DNA from: Tubulanus polymorphus
Taxonomy: Eukaryota; Animalia; Nemertea
Direction of reading: 5' to 3'
DNA length: 64,000 nucleotides
Assembly (NCBI RefSeq): GCF_964204645.1
Contig: NC_134036.1
Location: 8,868,230-8,932,229 of the forward strand
The notes beneath the pieces are model-generated. The model saw only the letters and a list, made by a program, of their open reading frames with translations, did no database searches and had not been told where the DNA came from. A program made the position numbers and the translations under genes. Shown here piece after piece: positions 38,401 to 51,773 of the stretch (positions within the stretch are counted from its first letter, which is position 1; the number at the start of each line of letters is the position of its first letter).

Positions 38401-39850
38401 GATTGCAGCAAAATCAACTGATGATCAATGAGGTGAAGTTTTCATTTATCTTCGGATATTTGTCTACCCCCTGATGATACAAGCTTTTTGGCTACACCTT
38501 TTGAAACATCAACGCTTTATTTATACCCACCAATTAGTCAGCCACAGACGATTTTCATGCCATCTGACCTCTTTCCACCTGTAATTAAGCAATGAAATGT
38601 AATAATAACTCGGTTATATAATATCATAGAGGAGTGAAAGAAAGTATAATAACTGATTACTTATCCAAATATTGTAAACATGGCAACTGAAAAAAATAAC
38701 AATTACATAAAACGTCAAGTACTTACAGCATCTGAGACAGTTGCGCTTAAGTTACGACGATGACGAAAAAGTTTGATTTGGAACGTACCCTTGTACACTG
38801 TGGTTTAAATTTATTTCCACCGGCTGCAAGAATCGGCAAAGGAATTGAAGACCGTAGTGACCAGTTCATTCCATGATTAATAGCTGGAAAGAAAGTAATC
38901 GAAATTAATAGTCGTACACATAAGTGTAAACCAGCCCCTTACTATCAACATAGGCTTTCCACTGTCTCTATTCACTACATTTAGGGCCTATTCTAGGTGT
39001 AACCACCAAAAAAGCTAGGCAATGTAGCTAGCCAACAATGATCATTGCTTCACCGAGTACTCATTTGCTACCATACGTACTAATATTAAAAAGAAATCAT
39101 GTAAAACATTCCCTGGTTAACGGATTCTCACCTTAAATTACGTAAAAACTACTGTCGTTGTCGTCGATCTGAGTCGTCGAGTGAACGCGGAAGTAAAATT
39201 CGGTATGAAAATTTCTACAATTTCTGTCCATATTACGTTGAATCGAGCCAGAAATCTCCAGGAAATGTAGCCAACGTAAATTGATTTACGAATAGAATTA
39301 ACCAATTGACTCACTTTAAGGATCATGGTTTCGTGAAATTCATTAAGGTCCTAAAACTCACGATAAATTTAATTAAGCCGAAAATGATTTCAACCATCCG
39401 CCATGTTTCATTCATAAGACACTTATTACGCACCGGCTGTAGTTATCGTTCGTGGGAAATGACGGATCCGGACTAATTGTACGTCCGATTCCGTGATTTA
39501 CGGTTGACTTTGAAGGTCGTGCAGTAAATTTTAGGCTTGCAGGGGTGCACTGTTAACAATGGATGACGATTCGTTGCGTTATTCTTCTCGCTGTTTAGAC
39601 CCGGTAATTATGCGGGATTAATTCATAATAGATTACTATACGCAAATTCGAAATCGTCAGGCGCTGAGTTATATTTCTGACAGAATTTAAAATTACGTTT
39701 ATAAGCTGTTGGTAGTCGAATCTGGGAGGAGTTACATTTTAAGAAAAAATTTTGGCTGGAAAGTGGACCATTTATAATAATGATAATAATAATCAACAGA
39801 AATACAAGAGGGTTTCTGCGAAAGCAGCAGAAACCCTAATAATAAAAATA
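38401..39850. repeat. Left arm of a long inverted repeat (right arm 43370-44240 plus 51774-52554)
   Basis: For example, AAAAAAGCTAGGCA...CCAACAATGATCATTGCTT and CATGCCATCTGACCTCTTTCCACCTGTAATTAAGCAAT are reverse-complemented in the right arm. Confidence 0.85.
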
Positions 39851-40435
39851 ATAACAATAATAATACTAACAATGACAATAATAAAGACAACAATAACAGT
39901 CGTTGTAAATGTGTTGTTCTATACCAGAAGACGAAAGGTCGAGTGAATAAAAAAACAAACATAAAAAGTAATTTTAATTCCAAACTTATCCTGGTCCCGA
40001 TTTTAAGAAGTACCAAATCTATAAAAAAAAGATGGACCATGCTTTGAGTGTTTCTACAATTTAACACAATTTGTGTTCTCTTGACTAGTACTTGCAGAAC
40101 CTGGTTTACATCGTACGATCGAGCTTAAATCCACGTTTTATAACAAACAAAGCCTCTAGCCGAATTTGATACCGGCGTTTATGATAGCACGGGGAAGGGG
40201 GTGTGGGCATCTTCACCCGTCAAGGAATTCGAACTCACTACGCGGAGTTGTTACTATGTGGTCACAAATTATTTTTTTTTCAAACAAACAACGATTTGAT
40301 TTTTGATTTCGAAAAGCGCATGCTAATCATCGCTTCGACTACCATTATTGTTATTTGTTGCTCTTAGGTACCGGTACTCTCTGTTTATTTTACTTTGATA
40401 TAGTTTTACTCATCAATTTATTTGTAATTACTTTT

Positions 40436-40775
40436 CAGCGGCGGATCCAGGGGGTGCACAGGGGGCACGTGCACCCCCTTAACGTCCTCCACATTTTTAT
40501 CGACAGACCGTTCCGTAAGAACGAAGGCAAGCATGTGAAAAATGCCTGACAATGCGTAATCTGATGTCGTCGTTTACAATTACCAGCGCTCTCTACGGCA
40601 GTCCGACATCGTTCATAATAGTTGTGAAAATCACTATTCAAATTACGAGGTAAATCGTACTCTGATCGTGCCCTTAACGCGTTTCTGCACGTCTAATTTT
40701 AGAAAATTTTCCAGACCCCCTATTTGGGATTTGTGCACCCCCTCTGCACCCCATGCTATCCTGGATCAGCCGCTG
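40436..40775. mobile_element. hAT-like MITE
   Basis: TIRs CAGCGGCGGATCCAGG / CCTGGATCAGCCGCTG with GTGCACCCCCT subterminal motifs; no intact TSD. Confidence 0.7.
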
Positions 40776-40948
40776 CTTCAATCAGTTCTCTCTAATTTGC
40801 GTCAGTCTGTCTATAAAAACTGTTGTTTTTCCATTAACTAAACTCATTCACCTGATGGAGCTTCTATAAATTAGTAGGGAAAGCACGTGCATCAAATATA
40901 TAGTTAACCTATACAGTCCTACTTGTCTCGTAAATTAGTGTGTTCCAC

Positions 40949-42091
40949 CTATGTATTCAAAACGTATTCACCACAATTCCGTTTAAACGAAAAAAAAAAC
41001 GCTTTCAGTTGATTCCGAAAGCGACGCCTCGAAGCGCAATAGATGAAGAAATTATTAGATGCTATGATCATTCTTATGATATATTGAATTTGGTTCATTA
41101 TCGTTGTTAAAGAGCGTCTACCAATTATCCCGTTAATAGTTGAAATAAGGTTCGTTATAGCTGCATCGACCATAAATGCTTTCTTTAGTAAATAGAAACA
41201 TGAAATGAGAACTAACGTCAAAGTTAAACTACGGTCATTGTTGCTACTGCAGCTGCCTTTTAAAGTTTGTTTATTTGAAGTGATGATTTTTCTCGCTGCT
41301 CCTGCGCGTTTCAACGTAAAAACCAATCGTATAGTTATTAGGACCACAATCACTGTCGGGATTATAGTAAATATAGGAGCGCGGACAAAAGAATTAAAGT
41401 ATCTTAAATATCTATTTTTACCAAATGGCGTCAATTTCTGGGTCCATCTCTCGTGTCCAGTGCACGGATTAATGGAACGACGAGTATAATACACGAAATA
41501 CGCATTAACCCAACCACATAGCGATATTACTACAACTAGAACTATGCTAATATAACTTCTCTTTATGTTTATGATTCTTATTGCTTTCAGGGGCCAACAA
41601 ACAACGATATATCTGTCTATAGCGATTAACAATGTTATTAGATCGCTGACATTGGAAAACGACTGTGCAATGCGTTGCGTGTATGAATAAATGCGCTTCA
41701 TAGCGTGGTTCATTTCAACATTCATGTCTAGTAACAGTGTGTGACTGTAGAGCCGATAGTGAAAGTCGAATACGATATAAGACGAACAATGCAGCATGTC
41801 AATAACAGCCAAGCATCTCAAATAGAATATACTGGTGTTTTTTGAACGTTCAAAACTGAGAATGACAAAAGACAGTAAATTTGAGCCGAAACCGAAGATA
41901 GCAACACAGAAAATGACGTAAGTTGTGATCTGTAGATACAGATTCACGTGAAACGGTTTGTAATCAGCGTGATGGATGTATTTACACCGTGGATGGGGTT
42001 TAAATCCTGCATTCTCAGTAGTGGTTGTCAGATCTGATCCGTTCAGGTCGAGAATCTGAGCGCTCACCGATACATTCTCTAGAGCCATCAT
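40949..42091 (-). CDS. Intronless class A GPCR, FMRFamide/peptide-receptor-like, 380 aa
   Basis: Seven hydrophobic segments with GSN (TM1), LAVID (TM2), IAIDRYIVVCWP (TM3), ECL2 Cys, NFFIY (TM7) and helix 8 RRFR; N-terminal N-glycosylation sites. First ATG at 42091. Confidence 0.9.
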   Translation of the reverse strand: MMALENVSVSAQILDLNGSDLTTTTENAGFKPHPRCKYIHHADYKPFHVNLYLQITTYVIFCVAIFGFGSNLLSFVILSFERSKNTSIFYLRCLAVIDMLHCSSYIVFDFHYRLYSHTLLLDMNVEMNHAMKRIYSYTQRIAQSFSNVSDLITLLIAIDRYIVVCWPLKAIRIINIKRSYISIVLVVVISLCGWVNAYFVYYTRRSINPCTGHERWTQKLTPFGKNRYLRYFNSFVRAPIFTIIPTVIVVLITIRLVFTLKRAGAARKIITSNKQTLKGSCSSNNDRSLTLTLVLISCFYLLKKAFMVDAAITNLISTINGIIGRRSLTTIMNQIQYIIRMIIASNNFFIYCASRRRFRNQLKAFFFSFKRNCGEYVLNT

Positions 42092-44240
42092 TATTTCAGC
42101 ACTCAGACGCTGATAGGGAAACAATTAATTTGAATCCTGAATCTGTTACCGATTTGACGTTAAGATTAGTTACTGTCTATCTTCATCGAATACTGACATG
42201 ACTATCGTCAGGCATCAGGCTACCAAACTGCACGAAGTCAAGTACGATTAAAAATTGAAATAACCGCGGTAGTAGAATTCTGACGCCCTACAGCGCACGT
42301 TTCAAACAGTATCAGATTTCAACCTAGCTGGAATTACTAATTACCCCGTGAACCATACCCATTAACGCGAGTAATAGTTGATAATTTGTTATATGAAATC
42401 CCTGAGCCGACATTGCTAGTTGCTAGTTCCAATTGCCAGTTGCCAATTGCTATTTGTCAGTTTCGAACTGTCGTTTAAGTTGCGAGTTGTTATTTAGCGG
42501 TTGCAAGTTTGCGTGTTGCTAGTTACTTATAAACAGCTGCTGCTGCCTCCTCTCTCGGGGTCGTTGATTCGCTCACAACACGTGTGTCCCGACAGCCTTC
42601 TCGAATTTGCATTCAACGATGGTTCTACTTACCGTCATCAACGGCGCTGAATCGGAACACCAAGTCTTGACCAAAGCCGAAACAATTACGGGTCTAAATT
42701 CAAAAGGTTTCTCTTACAAAATTATCTTCAGATTACTCCTAATTAATCAAAATACATACCATACTATTGAGAACAATAACAAATAAAAAATGATTTCAAA
42801 AAAGTATTTTTTTAACTTATTCTACTACTTCTTATTTCAGCTACATCGAAATTGAAATTCTCATCGAAAAGGTTCGTTCTCTTCAGTGATGGTGCTATAT
42901 TGGAAGACGACGATGTTCTCGAGGAATTAGAAAATTAATTTTGATATTTATTTGACGCCTGCGAAAAAATGTAGAATTTTGTGGATAAGCTAACGTGGGA
43001 TTGCAAATTTGAAATCGAAGTTTTATGAAATTTGCGGAATTATAAGATTTGGCGATTGGGTAGGTTATACAGGTCTTCGACGGTAAATAGTGGTTTAATA
43101 TTTTTGATTGAAAATTGTCAATAACTTGCGACCGACTTCATTCACTTTTGCCTCTAAGATGGTCCTCAACTGCCCCCATGGTCGAGGAAAGAGCTCTTTT
43201 GATGTCGGCAACGTCATGACTTTGGAGCATATCGTGTGGCCTAGCAGAGTCGGTCTGGCTGCCACTCGATATCCTCTTGAGTCTGGGTTGAACACTAGAC
43301 GTCATTTTAAATAACTTGTTTATGTTATTCTGTATGAATTACGCATGTGTTTTGTATGTTGTATTTTCTTATTTTTATGGTGTCTGCTGCTTTCGCAGAA
43401 ACCCTCTTGTAATCTATGTTGATTATTATTTTTATTATAAATTTTCCACTTTCCAGCCGAAATTTGTTAATAAAATGTAACTCCTCTTGAATTCGACCAC
43501 TTACAGCTTATAAACGTAATTTTCATTTCTCAGTGCCTGACTCAGTGCCTGACCATTTCGAATTTGCGTATAGTCATTTATTATGAATTAATCCCGTGTA
43601 ATAACCGGGTCTAAACAGCGACAAGAATAACGCAAAGCATTGTCATCCATTGATAAAAGTACATCCCGAAAAGCCTACAAATTACCAGACGACCTCGGCG
43701 TCAAACTCAACCGTAAATCCAAATTCACACTTACAATTAGTCCGGATCCGCCATTACTGCGGACAATTTGCAGCCAACATGGCGGATGGTTGAAATCATT
43801 TTCAGCTGAAATTTATCGTAAATTTATGGCGAGTTTTAGGACTTTAATGAACTATGATCCAAGATAAAATGAGTCAATTGATAACTTCTATTAGTAAATC
43901 AAATTACGTTGGCTACTTTTCCAGAAGATTTCTGGCTGAAATCAACGTAATATGGAATGGGAGGGATTTTCCTATGGAATTTTACTTCCGCGTTCACTTG
44001 ACGACTCGGATATATGACAACGACAACAGAGTTCATGCAATTTAAGGTGACAATCCACTAACCGGGGAATGTTAGACAATATTTCTTGGTCTAACTGCAG
44101 TTAAGTTTACCTTTCCACTAGGTGGAGCTATGATATGAGTACATATGATAGCATATGAGTACTCAGCAAAGCAATGATCATTGTTGGCTACCTACTAGCC
44201 TAATGCCTAGCTTTTTTGGGGATATGCCTAGAATAGATTT

Positions 44241-44819
44241 TGTTGGAAACTGGTGTATTTCATATAGATATATATGTTGATTTATTATATTTCTTTAGAG
44301 CTATTTCTATAATGTATTCAACATTCAGTAGTGTGATTGTACTGTGTTTGAAGCGTATTAAATCCTGCAATTCATCATTTTGTTACGCGAACTTAAACAT
44401 TTTTCGCGCTTATGACCAGCACGGTATTTAAACCTGTGAATTCTTGGCTAGGCGTCAGTCTGGTTCTATATATCCCTTGTACGGCACAGTTATTGTAAGT
44501 ATTTATATCAATTTAGATTTGCTGGATTTCAAACTAAAGTTTGGCCTTTTGAATGTTATTTGTCTAAATCTTGTATTTTTGTACCTTTGTAGTAAACCTC
44601 ACTCACTCACTCACTCACTCACTCACTCACTCACTCACTCACTCACTCACTCACTCACTCACTCACTCACTCACTCACTCACTCACTCACTCACTCACTC
44701 ACTCACTCACTCACTCACTCACTCACTCGCTTAGTCGTTCTGTCATTGTAAATCAATGAGCGTATTGGAACTGTGAATTTTTGTCGTCGTTTGTTGAGGA
44801 TTTAGGACCAGGCTGAACA
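44241..44819 (+). repeat. 5' LTR containing an (ACTC)n microsatellite
   Basis: Differs from the 3' LTR by only a handful of substitutions; tetranucleotide run at about 44598-44728. Confidence 0.95.
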
Positions 44820-44852
44820 TAGTTTGAATAACTATTACGACCGACGATTCGC

Positions 44853-47800
44853 CATGAGTGTTTCAAAGGATGAGAAAACGAAACAAAAAGATACTCGTAC
44901 AAGTTTGGCTGGATGGCTTACCAGAGCAATTAAAGCTGTTGACGACGTTAGGATTCAAGCCGCAGTGGAGCCAGCGAAACAGAGAATCACGTCACAGTTA
45001 GGTTCGCTTATATGACGGCCAGCTCGAGATATGTGGACAGTCTAGAAAGCGACGAAGAAATCGAAAAAGCAGGATTGTGGCTAGACACGTATTATAATCG
45101 AGCGATGGAGGCGCTAGAGAAGTTGGATTCTTTCTCTTACTCGCAATCAGAGAAAGGCCAGCAGGCAAGTTTGAATCCAAATGCGCATGAATTTCGAGTG
45201 AACCAGCCCATGGACGATGGAGAGAATTTTGTACCGGTATCATCAGCAACGCCGGAACCCAATAATCAAGATGCACCAATAAGTGGACAACCAGTTTCGT
45301 TCGTGAACATCGACAGTTGGATCGACAACTTAATCGATGAGGTCGAGACCATCACGACCGCTGACACCGCGTCACAACCGTCTCTTGAAGATGCGTTCCT
45401 TAGAATGGAGCTCGGCAGGGACCTACCGAAAGTGGAACTCCCCATGTTCGATGGGTCGGCATTAGTTTTGCCGCGGTTCATCGAACAATTCTACCTACAA
45501 GTACATTGTCGACCGGGAATTTTAGACGCCAGAAGAATGGATCTGTTGCAGAATCATGTAAAAGGTGAGGCGAAAAAACTCATATACGGACTTGGTTATA
45601 GTGGTAGAAACTATTCTAGGGCTCTCAAAGAACTGAAATTTGTATTTGGACATCGTGTTCATGTAGCTAGAACGTATATTGATTCAATTTCTACGGGTTC
45701 TGTTGTAAATTCATACGATTCCATCTCGTTGCGTAGCTTTTATGTATCTGTTAGAGATTACCTTATTACATTGAAACAAATGAATTATATGTCAGAAATT
45801 GGGAGCAGTGATTTGTAATTTAAAGTTACTAGGCGTATCCCAGTTGATATACGTTCTAAATGGAATGATTTTGTACGTCGAATTTCTAGAACTCGTGATC
45901 CCACTCTATTTGATTTAGAAAACTGGCTTCGAGATTGTGTCGAGGCAGATTTTGGACCATTCTCGTTGCAAAACAAACCTAGGAAATCTAGTAATCATGT
46001 GAATGTCGCTAATGGTCCACAGAGACCACATGTATTTAATTCCAGGGTGCATGAGCCTATAAAATGTATCGTTTGTTCGGATAGCCATTCTTTGAATAGA
46101 TGCAAGGCTTTTCAAGATAAGTCTGTCACTGATCGATTCACAATTGTGAAAAAATATCGTTTATGTATCAATTGTTTGAAAACAGGTCATTTTCTTGCTT
46201 CCTGCACTTCTGCTGTGCGGTGCAGAGAGGCAGGTTGCGGGAAAATGCACCATACGATGTTACATCTTCCGTCGCAGAATAGTCAGATTCCAGATAGATC
46301 TATGTTGAATATTCCGTCGTCTAATATTTCGCGTCAAAATGAGTCCTTAGAACGTGGTGATTCTGCAATTAACCAAAATGCAATTTCTACTGAAACTGAT
46401 TCTAACAATGTGTTTTTCCAGGTGTTGCCGGTTACAGTTCAGGGAAACAATGGACGTCGTATTGCCACACATGCTTTGTTAGACTCCGGTAGCGATGTTA
46501 CCTTAATTCATGAAGATTTGGCTGATGAGCTTGGGTTACCGGGTGAGAAACAATTATTAACAATAAGTACCCTCAATTCTCGTGTTGCGCGTCAATCTAG
46601 GTGTGTTACTTTTACCGTTCGTGGCAATGATCCAGATTCGAAGGTTGTTAATATTTCACGAGCCTGGACTACTCATAACAATATCAATTGTCCGCCTCAG
46701 ACGTTTTCTGAGGTTTCTCTCAATAAATTATCACATTTGAATGGTTTGTCGTTTACGGACTATTCGCCTTGTCAGGTTAAAATTCTCATTCGTATTTAAT
46801 TCCAGGGTGCATGAGCCTATAAAATGTATCGTTTGTTCGGATAGCCATTCTTTGAATAGATGCAAGGCTTTTCAAGATAAGTCTGTCACTGATCGATTCA
46901 CAATTGTGAAAAAATATCGTTTATGTATCAATTGTTTGAAAACAGGTCATTTTCTTGCTTCCTGCACTTCTGCTGTGCGGTGCAGAGAGGCAGGTTGCGG
47001 GAAAATGCACCATACGATGTTACATCTTCCGTCGCAGAATAGTCAGATTCCAGATAGATCTATGTTGAATATTCCGTCGTCTAATATTTCGCGTCAAAAT
47101 GAGTCCTTAGAACGTGGTGATTCTGCAATTAACCAAAATGCAATTTCTACTGAAACTGATTCTAACAATGTGTTTTTCCAGGTGTTGCCGGTTACAGTTC
47201 AGGGAAACAATGGACGTCGTATTGCCACACATGCTTTGTTAGACTCCGGTAGCGATGTTACCTTAATTCATGAAGATTTGGCTGATGAGCTTGGGTTACC
47301 GGGTGAGAAACAATTATTAACAATAAGTACCCTCAATTCTCGTGTTGCGCGTCAATCTAGGTGTGTTACTTTTACCGTTCGTGGCAATGATCCAGATTCG
47401 AAGGTTGTTAATATTTCACGAGCCTGGACTACTCATAACAATATCAATTGTCCGCCTCAGACGTTTTCTGAGGTTTCTCTCAATAAATTATCACATTTGA
47501 ATGGTTTGTCGTTTACGGACTATTCGCCTTGTCAGGTTAAAATTCTCATTGGTGCAAATGTGCCTCAAGTGCACGTGCAATTAGAGGTTAGGGAAGGCAG
47601 CTCCCAGCAGCCTGCAGCTATAAAAACCAGACTCGGGTGGTGTTTGTTTGGTAATATGTCGTATGTAAACTCCTCCGTAGCTAATGTTAATACGATAGTT
47701 TCTGACCCTCAACTTATTGGTCATTCGCTTACAAAACAGCTTGATCGTTTTTGGTCGACTGAATCTTTCGGGGTTGCTTATCCTGATCGTGTTGGTTCCG

Positions 47801-50800
47801 TTGAAGATCAACGGGCTTCAAAAATCCTGTCGAATACGACTCGCCTAGTAGATGGACATTATGAGGTCGGAATGTTGTGGCGAGACAATGAGAGTGTTTT
47901 GCCTGATAATTATTCGTTAGCTCGCAAAAGATATGATTTGTTGGTAAATCGGTTGGCTTTTGATCAGATCATGAAAGAAGGCTATTGTAACACTCTTAAT
48001 GGTTATATCACTGATGGATATGCGCGTTTATTATCTCCGTCGGAAACTATGTTAAGAACCTCAAGAACTTGGTATATTCCCCATCACTGCGTATTTAATT
48101 CGAACAAACCCGGAAAATTCAGAGTAGTTTTTGATGCTGCTTCAAAGTCTCAGGGCTTATCACTGAACGATTTGTTAATGACAGGTCCTGATTTGCTCAA
48201 TAGCTTATTTGGAGTTTTGCAGAGATTTAGATTATATGAAACAGCGCTTGTCGCTGATGTACGAGCTATGTTTCATCAAGTCAAAACATCCGAATTAGAC
48301 TCCGATTCATTAAGGTTTCTGTGGCGACCAGACGCATCTACTGGCCCACCTAGTACATATAAGATGATAGTACATATATTTGGTGCTAAAGACTCGCCTA
48401 GCTGCGCAAATTATGCTCTGAAGCGCTCGGCTTTAGATAATGCACTGGAGTTTAGTGACTTGGCAGTAAATTCTGTTATTCGGGATTTTTATGTTGACGA
48501 TTTTTTGAAATCGGTTCCAGGTGATGAGGCCGCTGTGCAACTGGCAAGTGAGGTTACAGAGGTTCTTCTTAGGGGAGGGTTCCATCTGACAAAATGGATG
48601 GCCTCAAGTAAAAATGTTTTGATGCAAATCCCCCAAGCGGAGCGTGCTAATCCGTCGTTAGACTTAGATTTTAGCGAGTTACCTATTGAACGTACTTTAG
48701 GAATAAAGTGGAATGCTCAGATTGATTGTTTCGTTTTTAGACCGGTAATTAAACCTGTCGCACCTACCAAGCGAGGGATTCTAAGCGCTGTATCTTCTGT
48801 GTTTGATCCTTTGGGATTTTTATCTCCATTTACGCTAAAGGCTAAATGTTTGATTCAGGATATGTGGCATTGTGGTTTAGGTTGGGATGAAAAGATATCC
48901 GGTGATCTTTTTGAAACTTGGTGTGCGTGGCAAGACGAGTTGCTCTTATTACACGATTTGAGAATCCCTCGACATCATTTGTTCTTGTCACCTTCTGCCG
49001 AAATGTGGCAGCTTAACTTGTTCTGTGATGCATCGGAACGAGCATTCGGCTGTGTTGGTTATTTGCGTTATAACACGGGTAAGTTTTTTACCTGTTCATT
49101 TCTTGCTTCTAAAACGCATCTTGCTCCCGTTAAACATCCTTTAACTATACCGAAGTTAGAACTTCAGGGTGCTGTTATGTCAATTCGACTGGGTGAAACT
49201 TTGAAATCAGAAATTTCTGAGATCCGTGATGTTGTTTATTGGACCGATTCTCAGACGGTTTTACGGTATATACACAATGAAAAGAAGCGTTTTAAGACAT
49301 TTGTTGCGAATCGGGTGAGCGAAATTCGTGAAAGTTCATCACCTAATCAGTGGAAGTATGTTCCTTCAAATTCAAATCCCGCTGACGATTGTACCCGCGG
49401 ACTTTCTGCGGTTGCCTTATTAACATCGTCTCATAGATGGTTTAATGGCCCAGAATTTCTGCAACAAGCTGAAACTAGTTGGCCACCTCAACCTAATGTT
49501 GGTTCTATATCTGATCTAGATGAAAATATAAAGGCTGCAACAACTGTGAATCGAATTTAGGGTCTTTTGACTGTGAGGCCGCAATTAATCTCAACAATCT
49601 CGTAAATCCTGAGCGATACTCGCGTTGGTATCCCTTATTGCGAGAAACCGCATGGGTTATAAGAGCTATCAAGAATTTCGCCTCAGTGATACCTCGTCTC
49701 AGATTTAAAAAGGTAACGACCCTTTGTTTGCAGCTCGATGAGTTGAAATTTGCTGAGGTCTGCTTAGTGGCAGGAGCTCAACGAGAATGCTTTCCCGATG
49801 CATACCTTTCTCTTCAAGAAAGTAAGCTGAAACTTCAGCATCCTCTGAAATGCTTAGATCCGTTTTTTGACGGCGCGTGTATTCGTATTGGAGGTAGAAT
49901 ACACGGTGCTCGTTACGTCCCGTTAGAAGCGCGGCATCAATTGCTTTTACCTTATAATCATCATATAACAGAGCTACTAATGCGCAAAGAACATCTTCTA
50001 AATTACCACGCTGGGCCTGAGCACGTGATTGCTTCTACGCGTCAGAAATACTGGCCAATTAAAGCTCGAGTTGTTGCTAAACGAGTAATTTCTAGTTGTT
50101 TTGGGTGCCGACGTCGTTCGGTCGTCCCTAGGATTCAATTCATGTCAGATTTACCTGCATATCGAATCATGAGTCATTGTCGACCATTTCAGCATTGCGG
50201 GGTGGATTATTTTGGTCCCATGTACATAAAAAGAGGAACGTCTAATTTGAAAGTGTGGGTTTGTTTGTTTACTTGTCTGGTAACTCGGGCAATTCATTTG
50301 GAATTAGCGGAATCTTTGGAAACTGATTCATTTCTGCTGGTTCTCCATAATTTTATTGGTCGACGAGGTCGACCGGATGAAATGTTTAGTGACAACGGCT
50401 CGAATTTTATCGGAGCCGAAAAAGAGCTCAAAGAATTCTGAATTTTTAAGTGAAAAGGGTACAAGGTGGCATTTCAATCCACCTAGTTCTCCCCATTTTG
50501 GTGGAGCTTGGGAACGTCTTGTAAGAACGGTAAAGGTCGCTCTTAAATCTGTCTTAAGGGGCAGATCGTTTTTTGAAAATGTTTTGCGCACAACACTGAT
50601 TGAAGTAGAGGCAGTGGTGAATAGTCGGCCACTCACTTATAATAGCTCAAAACCTCAAGATTATACCCGACTTACGCCTAATCATTTTCTCCACGGAGGT
50701 GCTACATCTATTACACCCCAAGGTGTTTTTCATGAACGTGAAATTAGTAGTCGTAAGCGTTGGCGGCAGAGTCAGGTATTGGCAGACCATGTGTGGCAAC

Positions 50801-51054
50801 GATGGTTAAGTGAGTATTTACCTTCCCTGACTGTGCGTGGTAAGTGGTTCACAGAGAACCGTAATGTTAGAAAGGGAGATTTAGTATTACTAGTAGAAAA
50901 AGATGTCCCAAGAGGTTATTGGCCTTTAGGTCGGATTGTCGATGTGTATTCAGGCGCAGATAGTCGCGTGCGTACTGTTAAAGTTAAAACCGCTACGTCG
51001 GAATATATTAGACCTGTTGCAAAGATTTGTGTTTTAGAGGAGAATATTGAATAA
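44853..51054 (+). pseudogene. BEL/Pao gag-pol polyprotein, disrupted
   Basis: Stop at 45816-45818, a 760-bp tandem duplication, and frameshifts near 45000, 49558 and 50440. Confidence 0.9.
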
Positions 51055-51197
51055 TTACTGGGACTGTAATAGGCTAGAATGAAATTAAATGTTGTTTGAG
51101 GTTTAGTTTCATTAGTACTGAGGTACTTTTATATTAATATATATTTGATTATTGACCTTTTTTATTGACACCGTTTACGGATGTCAAGGAGGTGCCG

Positions 51198-51773
51198 TGT
51201 TGGAAACTGGTGTATTTCATATAGATATATATGTTGATTTATTATATTTCTTTAGAGCTATTTCTATAATGTATTCAACATTCAGTAGTGTGATTGTACT
51301 GTGTTTGAAGCGTATTAAATCCTGCAATTCATCATTTTGTTACGCGAACTTAAACATTTTTCGCGCTTATGACCAGCACGGTATTTAAACCTGTGAATTC
51401 TTGGCTAGGCGTCAGTCTGGTTCTATATACCCCTTGTACGGCACAGTTATTGTAAGTATTTATATCAATTTAGATTTGCTGGATTTCAAACTTAAGTTTG
51501 GCCTTTTGAATGTTATTTGTCTAAATCTTGTATTTTTGTACCTTTGTAGCAAAACCTCACTCACTCACTCACTCACTCACTCACTCACTCACTCACTCAC
51601 TCACTCACTCACTCACTCACTCACTCACTCACTCACTCACTCACTCACTCACTCACTCACTCACTCACTCACTCACTCACTCGCTTAGTCGTTCTGTCAT
51701 TATAAATAAATGAGCGTATTGGAACTGTGAATTTTTGTCGTCGTTTGTTGAGGATTTAGGACCAGGCTGAACA
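51198..51773 (+). repeat. 3' LTR
   Basis: TGTTGGAAAC...GGCTGAACA followed by TSD GATTT. Confidence 0.95.

Larger units (their letters stand above)
44241..51773 (+). mobile_element. Full-length BEL/Pao LTR retrotransposon
   Basis: LTRs 44241-44819 and 51198-51773 (TG...CA), 5-bp TSD GATTT. Contains gag with Cys-His knuckles, protease (ALLDSGSD), RT (WYIPHH, RVVFDAA, FYVDD), RNase H (FCDASE, IPKLELQGA, YWTDS) and integrase (GVDYFGP, SDNGSNF, GAWERLV). Confidence 0.97.

Noticed and set aside
44444-44759. HSLT-repeat ORFs (also 51401-51713)
   Set aside because: Translation of the (ACTC)n tract in the LTRs.
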